Origin: Salisapilia sapeloensis CBS 127946
Lineage: Eukaryota > Protista > Oomycota
Assembly (NCBI GenBank): GCA_023334545.1
Contig: JAADVB010000004.1
Span: forward strand, 112,802-176,801
DNA length: 64,000 nucleotides
Reading direction: 5' to 3'
A program made the translations under genes and the position numbers. The notes beneath the pieces are model-generated. The model searched no databases and was not told the DNA's origin. It saw nothing but the letters and a program-made list of their open reading frames with translations. Positions 22,129 through 32,665 of the stretch are shown here, one piece after another. Position 1 is the first letter of the stretch. The number at the start of each line of letters is the position of its first letter.

Positions 22129-23493
22129 CTACTCTTTCTTTTCGGCCGGCTTTGGCATAATGAGAAGCTTCTTTGCAGCCGATGACAGTGCGAACCAGAT
22201 CATCCACACGAATACAAGAGCGCTCACGAACATGGTTACAAGTGAGGTCGCCACTACTGCAACCATAGCTCCGTATCGCACGTACCACTTGGCCTTGGAG
22301 ACAGGTCGTGGTGGTCGACAAGCAGCTGCGTCTTCGACAGAATTGTCCGAGTGGACAGGGACAGATGACACGGTGTACTCTAGTTTCGTCGTATCGTCCC
22401 GACCTCGGACTTGGACGGTCGCCGTCGGGACGTCGCTTTCCCAATCAAACTTCATTGTTCCCCAGTTAATGTACCCGTAAAAAGCATCTTGCTCCGGGCG
22501 GAATTGCCACGGTAAAATCATGTTCGCCATTGTGAACATGAGGCCTGCGAAGAGCTTAATGTTTGGATTATGGAACTGCATCCAGCTATGTGTCATCCCG
22601 GAGCTCGTCACTTCTGTCAGGACATTCTTTCCGTCGGAGCAAATGACTTGGTTGAGCTCTGCAAAGTGGACGTCGCCACTGAGAAGCAAGACGCCCTTGG
22701 CATTAGAGCGCAGAATGAGCTCTAACAGACGCTGGCGTTGCTTTGGAAAGCGATTCCACCTCTCCGCCATGTAAATATATTCGCCAGACAGGACTTGAAT
22801 GCCGGACACAAGTACGTTAAACGCTGCGTTCGATGACATGAGCTCTTTCTCTAGCCACTTCCACTGCTCGTCGCCAAGGAAATCGCCATCGACAGTTCCG
22901 TACGGATCGCGATGGTACCTCGCGTCCATTAAAATAAACTTGACTGTCTTGTTCCCTTCACCTACGACGTAAGAAGAATACACGCCCTCTTGCTTACGTC
23001 GAGGAGAGTCTTTTGCCTCGCCGATAAAGTCGAGGAAAACTTGTTGGCTCTCGACGCGGAACTCGAATTCGTTGCCTCCATCATTTATACCGTAGTCATG
23101 ATCGTCCCATACGCCGATCATAGGAGTCGTCTCGACTAGTTTGGCATAATTAGGCTCCGAATAGAGTTTCGCGTATCGCTTTCGAAGCTCGTCAGCGGAT
23201 GCCGGCACGAAGAGCTTCCGACTCCAATTCTTTGGCTGGTCCAACTCGGCCATATCAGCGTAGATATTGTCGCCCATCCAAATCCAAAGATCCGGATCGT
23301 AGTTTAATACGTTGGGCCACATTGGCTGGTGCATGCTCTGGTCGTTGCAAGAAGCAAAGGCGATGTGATCAAGCGGTTTCTGAATGTCGGTAACTTGAGG
23401 CCGCGGTTCCATGCCCGTCACGTACTTTGGAGCTGCATTGCCAATTGCAGCAAGGGATGCTGCAAGAACGGCAGCAAAGGAGGTACTCTTCAT
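22129..23493 (-). CDS. phoD: PhoD-family alkaline phosphatase with a signal peptide and a C-terminal membrane anchor
   Basis: The ATG at 23493 gives the signal peptide MKSTSFAAVLAASLAAIGNA. Motifs: IAFASCN, WMGDNIYAD, WDDHDYG.ND, LMDARYHR, LSGDVH. The C-terminal segment is hydrophobic. Confidence 0.92.
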   Translation of the reverse strand: MKSTSFAAVLAASLAAIGNAAPKYVTGMEPRPQVTDIQKPLDHIAFASCNDQSMHQPMWPNVLNYDPDLWIWMGDNIYADMAELDQPKNWSRKLFVPASADELRKRYAKLYSEPNYAKLVETTPMIGVWDDHDYGINDGGNEFEFRVESQQVFLDFIGEAKDSPRRKQEGVYSSYVVGEGNKTVKFILMDARYHRDPYGTVDGDFLGDEQWKWLEKELMSSNAAFNVLVSGIQVLSGEYIYMAERWNRFPKQRQRLLELILRSNAKGVLLLSGDVHFAELNQVICSDGKNVLTEVTSSGMTHSWMQFHNPNIKLFAGLMFTMANMILPWQFRPEQDAFYGYINWGTMKFDWESDVPTATVQVRGRDDTTKLEYTVSSVPVHSDNSVEDAAACRPPRPVSKAKWYVRYGAMVAVVATSLVTMFVSALVFVWMIWFALSSAAKKLLIMPKPAEKKE

Positions 23494-23669
23494 CGCACAA
23501 AAGTCTACAAAATGAGCTGTGCGTTTGTCGAAATCGAGCGAAAGACGAGTGCGATCTGAACCTTCAGAATCGCTTCTTTGTGTGTTTTTCTCATAGTCGT
23601 TACAAACTGTAGTTGTGCAGTAGCAAATCATGCGTCTATCCATGCTGCGATCATTTAAATTGGATACGA

Positions 23670-25050
23670 CTGCATGGATGTAGTCTAGCCCCGCTGATCC
23701 ATGGTCGGTTTAGATCTTGTTAGTCTTACGCAGGCAATATGTGAAACGAATGCGAATGAAGCGCTTCGTTGGTTGTTTATTCATGGTGGTGGAAGTTGAG
23801 CGTGGGAGCAACGATGATATCTCACAAGACGATCAGATTTCCATTGTTGATCTAGTCAGAATTGCGACTTGGATGATGGTGTACTTTAAGTGGAATAACG
23901 ATCTTCTGAAACAAGAGCTCTGTTAGCTTTCCGGTCCCATCCGAGTCAGGAATGGAAACGTCGGCTAATTTGTCTGTGGTGCTTGCATGTAGGGTGTGTT
24001 GGAAAAGCAGTTATATCCAAAATAGCTCAGCCTTTTTCGAAATACATGAAGTACAGTGACAATTGTCAAGGTGTCGCTGACCAAGATGGCGATGCAACGC
24101 CCATCATCCTGCGTTCTACATGCGAAGACCTCTGAGGATCGTTGAGAAACTGTACCAAGCTTTCATGTTTCCTCTGTTGATGCAATGTAGTATCGTGCTT
24201 GGGCTACGAGCAACGACAACTACGCATGGGTGTTCGTCCTCTTGAGATGTCATGACTGGGGCTCCGTCACATCTAAAGCTTGTGTCTTTTAGTGATTTTT
24301 CATCGTATGCTTGTATGAAACTGCGGACACGCTGTTGACAGGCAAAAGACGATTGCAAACGCGCACATGGACAGGATGGAAATGGATGAATATCACCGAG
24401 GTGTCCATGCATTCTTTTTGATTATCTCTTCACAAAATTTTAAAGCCGTATTCTTCGCTCATATGCACACATTGTGATCATACCAAGTAGAACAGCGACA
24501 CACGTGCAAGTCTGCGTCTATCCAAATACTGACTTGTTTCCCAAAAGCTGATCCATGGCCCGACGCACAAACACCGCACACTCTACTGGCGTCCTTATTC
24601 AATACAGATATACCATACAGTCAGATATATAAGCCAAAGTCTTTGCCTACGATATAACGCCAGCTGTGTATTGAAACATTGGAATCTTAGTGAGCTTTCA
24701 ATAGGTCCAAGTTTTTCACCGTGGGCAACATGATGCCCGTCGCATTCGTTTTATGTGTGGATCATGCAGTCAGCTTCAGAGTTTCGACGTAAGCGGTAGC
24801 GTGACTCACATTAAAGAGTATGTTACACTCTCCATAATGGTCAACCTCTCCTTTCGACACGATTTTTCCTTCCATCCTTGATAGCATAAAGGCACCGGCG
24901 ACATCAATATCGAAGATGTGCTAGAAGTTTTATTGTAAATAAGGTTTATCACTACATACTATGTTGATGTCCTCTGCGTTGCCAACACTGTCGAGGGCGG
25001 TGCTTGCTGGCTTTTCAATCTCTATGATAGTCGATGACCGGTAATTTGGC
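23670..25050 (+). CDS. Putative intron-rich EF-hand-containing protein (model not resolved)
   Basis: Short exon-like pieces bounded by GT/AG: ICETNANEALRWLF; DISQDDQISIVDL; LQSFD|HKGTGDINIEDVL across a gtaagc..atag intron; GACWLFNLYD. I could not assemble a complete in-frame model. Confidence 0.35.
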
Positions 25051-25269
25051 TTCTTGGTCTATAAATACTTGGCAAAGCACTTAATCTGTCCGATGTATGC
25101 AATGAATTCAAAGATCACATTCGATTAATATAAGTCAGTACTTTGAAGTATACAAGCTACTGATACTAAAAGCCTTCGCAATGAACGGCGAATGTCATTT
25201 ATCACTTTGCATTTATTCCATACGTCTAGTATTTTAAAGCTCAAAATCGAAATATGTATATCTAATCCG

Positions 25270-25950
25270 TCAATCCTTATGCTTTCTTCGCATAAAGACG
25301 ACCATCAATATTCCAACGCCGACGACAACGGAGCCTCCAGCGATGATAAGTGCCTTATTTTCTTCAAATGTGTCTGAATTCCACAGATCGCTCCAGTTGT
25401 CTAGATCAGCTTCCTTCTTCTTCTTTTTGCTTTTCGTCTTCGTCTTCTTCTTCTTTCCTCTCTTCTTACGCCTCCTTCGGTCTTCTTCATCCGAGCTTTC
25501 ATCCTCCGAGGTTGAAAGTGTGTCTGAATCCAATTCTTCTGGTACAACTTTAGGGCTGCTTTTACCCTTTCCTTTTGGTGATCTAGAGGACCTGGATGAT
25601 CTAGATGACCTTGACGATTTTGACGATCGTGGTGACCTCGGCGATCTATTTCCTTCACTTGACTTCACAATGTCCACTATGAGCACAATCCGCTTCCATC
25701 CCGCGTTCTTTGCCATTGTTACAGCTTCAATCAGACTCTCGTCGGTTGTCAAGAGAGCCAAGTCTCCTTCATCATCCTCGTACTTGAGTCGAACTTCATC
25801 GCTGCCGTCAGCGCTAATCTTTCGTCGAACTTGCCTCGCTAAAGTTTCGAGCGAGTCCACCCGGCTCATGAGGCGGTGGTAGCTACCAGTTGCACGGTCG
25901 CTAACTTTGAAGGTAAATTGGTCATCCCTCGCTTGTGCTGCCACTGACAT
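25270..25950 (-). CDS. PB1-domain protein with a Ser/Arg- and Lys-rich linker and a C-terminal tail anchor
   Basis: ATG at 25950. PB1 pattern FTFKVSD...LKYEDDEGD.ALLTTDESLIEAV (OPCA motif). It ends in a TM helix ALIIAGGSVVVGVGILMVVFM followed by RRKHKD. Confidence 0.82.
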   Translation of the reverse strand: MSVAAQARDDQFTFKVSDRATGSYHRLMSRVDSLETLARQVRRKISADGSDEVRLKYEDDEGDLALLTTDESLIEAVTMAKNAGWKRIVLIVDIVKSSEGNRSPRSPRSSKSSRSSRSSRSSRSPKGKGKSSPKVVPEELDSDTLSTSEDESSDEEDRRRRKKRGKKKKTKTKSKKKKKEADLDNWSDLWNSDTFEENKALIIAGGSVVVGVGILMVVFMRRKHKD

Positions 25951-26688
25951 CTTTGCCGTCGACTGCGTGTCCCTGTCAACTAAAGCACTCTTCTCAAGAA
26001 GTGTCGAGTTCGTTTGTGATAGTGCACGCGCAAGCCTGCAGTCATGCCGAATTTGGCTTCGTATCAACTACTCTATCGCTCTGAATAATATTGTGTCATC
26101 GTGACCGTATGTCCGTGTCTCACTGTTGTCACTGCGACCGTAGCAGCTTGGGCTCTCGTTATCGTATTGTAAAGAGATAACATCCAAGCCATTTTAGGAC
26201 GTGTTTACGCCATTCCTGAAGCTCCATCCGCTCGCATAATGCTGCTTCTGGAGTGCTCATCTCTTGTTAATGTACGCATCAGATCTGATTACATAGTGTC
26301 TATTCGTAGGTTACCAGGTAGAAGCATACATGTCGTGTAGCATTCGTTGCGGCAGCTCAAGGATGACTTATGTATTGGTATACGGATGGGTCCATAGAGA
26401 CGGTTGATCAACGTCCTCAGCTTTGTTGTTACGAAAGGACTAGTCAAGTATGCATTCACGCGCTGGCATAAGCGTAGCTTTCATTTCTAACAGTATCCAG
26501 GCAATTTCCTCTATCTTTCGCACCAGCTCTCTCTTTTGTGTGACTACTGCCATGTAACGACTGATCTCGTCGCTAGCGATGCTGCATTAATGAATCTAGA
26601 AGATCAACAAACATGATACGAACGACTTGTTCCCATTTACTGTCTCTTCACTCTCCTCCCAATGCAAGAGGATACTGCAATGCGTTAA

Positions 26689-27831
26689 CTAGGTAAGAGG
26701 TTTCTCCAATTCCAGGATTTGGCCCAGTTTCCGAAGAGTAAACAGAGCTTCCTCGTATAGCGTCTTCACTTTATCCGACTTTAAAGCTCGACAAGTAATC
26801 GTAGCTCCAGTATGTTCACGATTCAGGTATGTCAATGAAAACTTGAGTCCGTTATACTCAATGTATGTCTTATGCTTTGGAATCACGCTATGAAGACGGA
26901 AGTGCTTCAAGCTTTCATCGTCCACGAAGACCTTTGCATCGAAGACATCCTCTTCTGGATCGCTGCTCACATGAATTCGTGACTGCAAGGCGCTCAGCGT
27001 GGGAATATGTGCTGATTGCTTTGACACACGCATGCGAATGCTCAGATCTTTTTCAGCAAAGATATCGTACCGAATACGAGACTCTTTCTTCGAAAATCCA
27101 TTTTGTCTCTTCCATTCAAGACCCTCGCGCTTGTACTTGAAATGCATTCTGTCGCCATTCCTAGTGTTTTCAATTTTGACGCTAATCGCTTCCTCATATT
27201 GGCGTGAAGCACCCATGTTTTCAATCAGCTTTTGCTCCAGCAGCGCTGTCTTCCCGCTTAGAGTAAAGGGATTAGCGAAGCTAGACGCAAAATCCTTCTT
27301 CGGTCGAAGTGTGGCTAACTGAGCAAGGGTGCGTGGGGTAGATGGATCAAGTAAACCTTTTAATTGGTATCTCATGTCTCCCAGCGCGACTCTCATCTTG
27401 AAGCCCTCTCCATCCAATGCGTCGAATCTGTCTTTCATTTCTGCCAAAGTATTTGGTTTCAAAGCAGAGACCCAGGGGTATCTCGTAGTAGATCCTGTCG
27501 AGAAAGATGCGTTTGTCGAAACATTTTCACCATCGACAAGTTCCAGCACATAAGGGTATTCATTGTCTGGGTCGGCTAAAGGCGAGGGAGATTTCGTGAA
27601 TTTCCATAGATTCTCCTCTCCATTTGCTAGAGCCAACGTTTTGACCCACTGAGGCTTCTTACGCTCTTCACGCTGGTTGCTTACGGTCATACGACGAACC
27701 ATACCGGACAGGTCTCGGTCAAACATGGCATCGCGATCCATGGTTCTTCCTCGACCGCGCCCACGTCCACGTCCACGGCCTCGGTTCCCCCTATCACGTC
27801 CGCCCCGGGATCCATATCCGTATGTGGTCAT
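26689..27831 (-). CDS. Hypothetical protein with an N-terminal RG/RGG repeat
   Basis: Intronless 380-codon ORF from ATG 27831, with [12 protein letters not shown] near the N-terminus and a globular-looking remainder I do not recognise. Confidence 0.75.
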   Translation of the reverse strand: MTTYGYGSRGGRDRGNRGRGRGRGRGRGRTMDRDAMFDRDLSGMVRRMTVSNQREERKKPQWVKTLALANGEENLWKFTKSPSPLADPDNEYPYVLELVDGENVSTNASFSTGSTTRYPWVSALKPNTLAEMKDRFDALDGEGFKMRVALGDMRYQLKGLLDPSTPRTLAQLATLRPKKDFASSFANPFTLSGKTALLEQKLIENMGASRQYEEAISVKIENTRNGDRMHFKYKREGLEWKRQNGFSKKESRIRYDIFAEKDLSIRMRVSKQSAHIPTLSALQSRIHVSSDPEEDVFDAKVFVDDESLKHFRLHSVIPKHKTYIEYNGLKFSLTYLNREHTGATITCRALKSDKVKTLYEEALFTLRKLGQILELEKPLT

Positions 27832-27948
27832 GGCAAATTCACTTGCGCACAATCGGTCCGATTGAAGAATGAGCTTGTCGGGAGAAAAGATAGAACTTTA
27901 TTTGAGCCAGCTTGACTCTATGATGTTGGGCAATCTACTCTTTGTTTC

Positions 27949-28797
27949 TTACTTCCAAACGTAGGAAGCGTAGGAGACGTGGTTCATTCCCCATCCACCA
28001 AATAATTTCTCTCCTCTATCGTATCCACTTTCTAAAGCAGCTCCTGTAGCAACTACGAAGGGAGTAAAGTGATCTGGCGTAGGATGTGCAAAAGATGCAC
28101 CAGGAGCTGTCGATTGCCAGTTGGTGAGCTGATGCTTTTTCTGCTCGGGTGTGAGCTCCGTTCCCATGACAATTTCATCCAGCCACGACTGGAAGTCCGC
28201 CATCTCTTTTGGGATTTCTGGTAAATGCTCAGCACCTAGCCGAAGGCTGTGGGTCGCTTCGCCGGACCCGATGATCAGCGAGTCCTCATCACGGAACTGT
28301 GCCAGAGCTTGGCCCACGTTGAAGTTGGCTTCTGGACCGAGGTTATCATTGATGGAGATAGTGACGATCGGAATGTCGGCTTGAGGCCGCATGAGAGCCA
28401 TTGGAACGAAGACGCCGTGGTCAAATCCACGATCCACCGTCTTGGATTTAAGACCATGCTGAACTAGAATCGATTGGACGCGTTCGGCGAATTCAGGATC
28501 GCCTTTGGCAGGATACTTGATATTGTACGCTTCGGATGGAAAGCCGTGGTAGTCAAAAATCATGTCAGGGCTTTCAGAGTGAGAGATTTCGAACCCATCG
28601 CCGGAAGCAGAGTAATGTGCTGACACGAAGAGAATGCGTTTCGGCAGTGGGTCGCTCGGTTTGTACACTTGTTGGAAGATACCACGAACGTTCTGGGCAG
28701 CGTCACAGTTCTTATGTTGCCCAATTGAGCACTTGGACAGCAGCCAGCGTGGCCCAGGTCCGTGTGAAACAGCGATGATCGGATGACGGAACGCCAT
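27949..28797 (-). CDS. Extradiol ring-cleavage dioxygenase, LigB/DODA (4,5-DOPA dioxygenase, YgiD-like) family
   Basis: ATG at 28797. Motifs: SHGPGP, SAHY, FDYHGFP...YPAKGDP..A, RGFDHGVFVP, DIPIV, GSGEATH, AHPTPDHF.P. Confidence 0.92.
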   Translation of the reverse strand: MAFRHPIIAVSHGPGPRWLLSKCSIGQHKNCDAAQNVRGIFQQVYKPSDPLPKRILFVSAHYSASGDGFEISHSESPDMIFDYHGFPSEAYNIKYPAKGDPEFAERVQSILVQHGLKSKTVDRGFDHGVFVPMALMRPQADIPIVTISINDNLGPEANFNVGQALAQFRDEDSLIIGSGEATHSLRLGAEHLPEIPKEMADFQSWLDEIVMGTELTPEQKKHQLTNWQSTAPGASFAHPTPDHFTPFVVATGAALESGYDRGEKLFGGWGMNHVSYASYVWK

Positions 28798-29033
28798 AGT
28801 GTCGAGGTCGCGGTAAATATCGTCCAGTAAGGCAGAGAAGGCGAATTGGAAAATGAAGAGCAAATACAAGAGGTTGAATGGAGAAGATATGCTAGGGAAT
28901 GAACGAATGCAATATATTGATCAATGCACTGTGATCGGATGCTCCACTGTGAGCATTCGACGGAGCACGTCGATGTTTACGGCAAAATGGCAAAAACACT
29001 TTTGTTGAAGTGGAAGATGAGTGGGGTAGATAT

Positions 29034-31199
29034 TTATTGCTCAGTATCCGATGCGTCAAAGTCGTCGTCTGCGTAGTCATCTTCCGCCTGTGTAGTTTCA
29101 ATGCCATTTAATACATCAACTTTAGCTTCTGATTCAGGTGCATTGGTCTTCATTATGTCTTTGTTTTCTAAGATGTCCGTTGCTGGAAGCGGTTCGTCAT
29201 TCTGCACCGCCGAGAGTATTGCGTCTTCCTTTGGTTCAGTCGGGCCTTCTTCATTTTCAAAGTCTTCTTCTTCATATACCGCACTATCTTCAATATCTAG
29301 ATACAACTTTTTATCTTGAGACTGGAAAGCTTTCTCTACGTCCTTCTTGAGTGGTGACGTTGCTACCATATCCGTGTCATTAATGTCCGAAGGATCCAAT
29401 GCGGAATACGAAGCTTGATTAAGTATCTTGGCTGTTTCTCCTTTCTCCTTTTTTTCTTCGCTCACATCAGTTTCTTCGGTGTACTCAAGTGTTTCCTTTG
29501 CTTCATCTCCCTTTGCAACGAACGTAGCAACTTCGTCTGCAAGTGTTTCGCTCACTTCCTTGTACTCTTCTGCTTCGCCATTATCACCTTCGGCCATGTC
29601 TGCGAAGTTATTTTGTGCACATTTGTCCTCTTTTCTTTCTACGTTTCCACTTTCTTCGGTGTCTACATACTTCTCTTCCTCTTCCTTGCGTTCTTCATCT
29701 TTGACCTCACCTTTGTCTGCTCCTACGGAGTTTCCACCTTCTTCCATAGCTTCTTTAGCTTCAATTTTATCATCTTCCTCTGCATCTGCGAACTCGATAT
29801 CATCTTCATATTTTTCCTCAGCCTGGTCACTAGAGTTGTTGTCTACTTCGTTTTTGCCTTCGTCAAGCGGGTCAAGTCCACCCTCGTGAACATCTTTCAC
29901 ATGCTCAGCAGTGTCTTTATACTTCTCTCTTGCCTCCACCACTAACTTTTCGCCCATTTCGCTGGCAGACGAAGTCTCATTACCAGTATCCTGCCTACGT
30001 ACTTCTTCCGTTTCATGCCCTTTATTGCCAATTGGTGACGGCACCGTTTCATCAGTCGGATCCGTCATGGCATGCATGTCAACCGATTGCGGGGCTAGTG
30101 GATTCACAGAAGCGTCCGATGCCAAGCGATTTCCCTGTCGGGAGCCAATGAAGCGAATATCCACTAACTCTGTCTTCTCGGTTTCGTTTGTACCCTGGCT
30201 AACTTTCTGTCTGGCAGTTCCTGACTCTGTCTGCGCCGATCGCGCTGAGAGAGATGCTACCGATTGTTGTGTTGCTAACTCCCTGACCATTTGAGATGTG
30301 TGCTCTAGCAATTCATCCGACGACAAGCTATCCAGCTTTTTACCTCTCCAACCACTTTTTTGATCTCGCTTGCTTCCCTTGTCTACAGTCACTTGTCCCG
30401 ACCCACTCGTTGAAACTACTACATCTACATCCGGTCTTACCAATCCAGATCGAGGTATATCCATACTTGTTGGAACATGCCGAGCAGACCGAGCAACCGA
30501 CTGTGCTCGCTTCATTTCGTTCTGAAGCATTTGTCGGTGCTTCTCTCTTGCTTTCCAAATCTTCTTGTTCCGTTCTTCATCTTTTGCCCAGTCCTTCGCC
30601 TGATACGTACCCTTGGTATTTCTTATCCGCTTTGCTAGCAACTACAGAGACACTAGTATCATCATGATAAAAGAATAAAAGATCACTTTTACCTGATTCT
30701 CATGCAAAATCTTCATCTGTTGCTGCTTTGCCGCATAGGTAACCTTGGTCTTTCGTTTCACCTTGACTTTCGATGGTGAATCGTAGACAGAGGCACTGTC
30801 GCCCTGCGTTCGATCATTCACAGGTAGGATCAACCTCGGTGAAGTACCGCATGATGGCAATTTCCCTGAGCTCAGCTTTCCTGCAGTCTTTGGTGAAACG
30901 AGATGATCTAAAGCTCTGGGAGACGGTTTGGATCGAAGTGAACATGGGTTTAAAGCATCCAAATGATCATACGGTTCAGTCGTTCGTGGTGGTGGAGTAG
31001 CCTTACTAGTTTCAGAAGGACGCCGGTGTGGTGGTGTCGGGTGTTGGAAACGAGGCAGTTGAGTCGATTTGGGTGACGCTGTATCGACGCAACTATGAGC
31101 TTTCGACAGACGGTCCAAGTGTCCAGCTAGATTCTTCGCAACCTCCCGTGTCCACACAGTCGCACTGCTATATGGCTCTGCTCGTCGCCCTCTGTCCAT
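29034..31199 (-). CDS. CFAP97/Hemingway (KIAA1430)-like domain protein with a long acidic low-complexity tail, 2 exons
   Basis: A 51-nt GT-AG intron (30692-30642) joins the two ORFs in frame, giving KQQQMKILHENQLLAKRIRNTKGTYQAKDWAKDEERNKKI, which resembles the CFAP97 motif I..EN..LL.RL...K.....W. The tail is Glu/Asp-rich. Confidence 0.65.
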
Positions 31200-31313
31200 A
31201 ATTGTCAGGGCTAACGTCAAGAATGAGTCAAATGCTATTTATAACTCGTATGACCATGAACGAACGATTGATAAGTCATTCCTTTCGGAGGCAAGGATAC
31301 CAGACTTGTTTAC

Positions 31314-32665
31314 TTAATCATTCCGCCAAATGACATGCACCTCGTCCGTTCGGAATCGTTGCGTGCAAGTGGCATCTGACATAGGTGTCGTCTCTCCGTA
31401 CTGGTACTGCAAGACCCCTGCTTGCGCGATCATTGCGCCGTTATCGATGCAGTAACGATGGTCCATCGCACACACACGTCCACCTCGTTCCTTGGCCATG
31501 ATCTCCATCATTTCCTGCAGCCGTTTGTTGCATCCGACGCCACCGACAATCAAAACCTCCGACTGACCACAATGTGCCATCGCTCGTTCCGTAATTTCCA
31601 CCTAGATCATATTGTTCGTTGGCGACGGAGATGAAAAGATATGAATAAGTACGTACAAGCATGGCAAAAATCGTTTCCTGGAGGGAGTAGCACAAATCTG
31701 CCTTCGTACACTCTCCCTTATCCACTTTTTCCCTACACGCGTGTAATTAGATTATATACTTGCGTAGATAAGTAAATATCATACTTTGCTTCTTTTTCGA
31801 TAAACGTCGATAGACCGGAGAAAGAGACATCCATGCCTTTGACAATGTATGGAAGCTCGACAAACTGCTTTCCTCTACGTCGTTATATGTGAATTAGCTG
31901 GGTGAAAGAAACATATACAAGCATGTAAAGTACTCTTTCGCGAGTTGTTCAATGCTATGGCCTGGACTCGGATCATTCGACAGATTCAAAACACGAGCAA
32001 AGCGATCCAAGCAGTTTCCGACGGCAATATCGATCGTCTCGCCAAAGATGCGATATCTATAGAATCGTCAGGACGAAAGTCCTACATTCTGCTCTGCAAT
32101 GACATACCGTTGCATGGAGTACGAAATCACCTGCGTGTTCCCACCACTTACATACAAGACTGCAGGATCCGCAGCCTTGGTGACTGTCCTCCCCATTTCA
32201 ATATCTATTCCATGTATTCATTGTAAAACAATTGATATCTGCACATAAGCATAAGGAGCACGTACGACCAACGCAATGGTTCACTCCAATGAGTGGCTTG
32301 CCCCATAGCAAAGACAGCATGCGAGCACAGACGGCGGAAGAGCGCAAGGGGCCGCCCATACCAGGTCCTTTGGTGTAGCAGATGACGTCAATATTTTTGG
32401 GAGATACTTGTGCTTCATCTAGCGCTGCTCTCGTGACGGCAACAACATGGTTTTGGTGATGCCACGCCGTTTCTCGTGGTAAAAAGCCATAGCCTGGTGG
32501 TGTGATGTACGTTTTTCGAGGGTTGGATAGAATCTCCGTCTCTCCATCCGTTCCGTAGCGAATGATACCAACACCTAGCTTATTTGCACTGCCTTCAATG
32601 CCAAGAGCAAGTACAGGACCTTGCTTACGGAGCTCTTCTAACGAAATCTCTTCTTGCGGTGCCAT
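31314..32665 (-). CDS. KAE1: tRNA N6-adenosine threonylcarbamoyltransferase (KEOPS subunit Kae1/OSGEP), multi-exon
   Basis: ATG at 32665. Motifs: [108 protein letters not shown]. Confidence 0.97.

Noticed and set aside
26100-26680. Short exon-like pieces between the PB1 gene and the RG-rich gene (e.g. IASDEISRYMAVVTQKRELVRKIEEIAW on the minus strand)
   Set aside because: They have no start codon or consistent splice path and no CBS-like sequence; they cannot be distinguished from UTR or promoter DNA.
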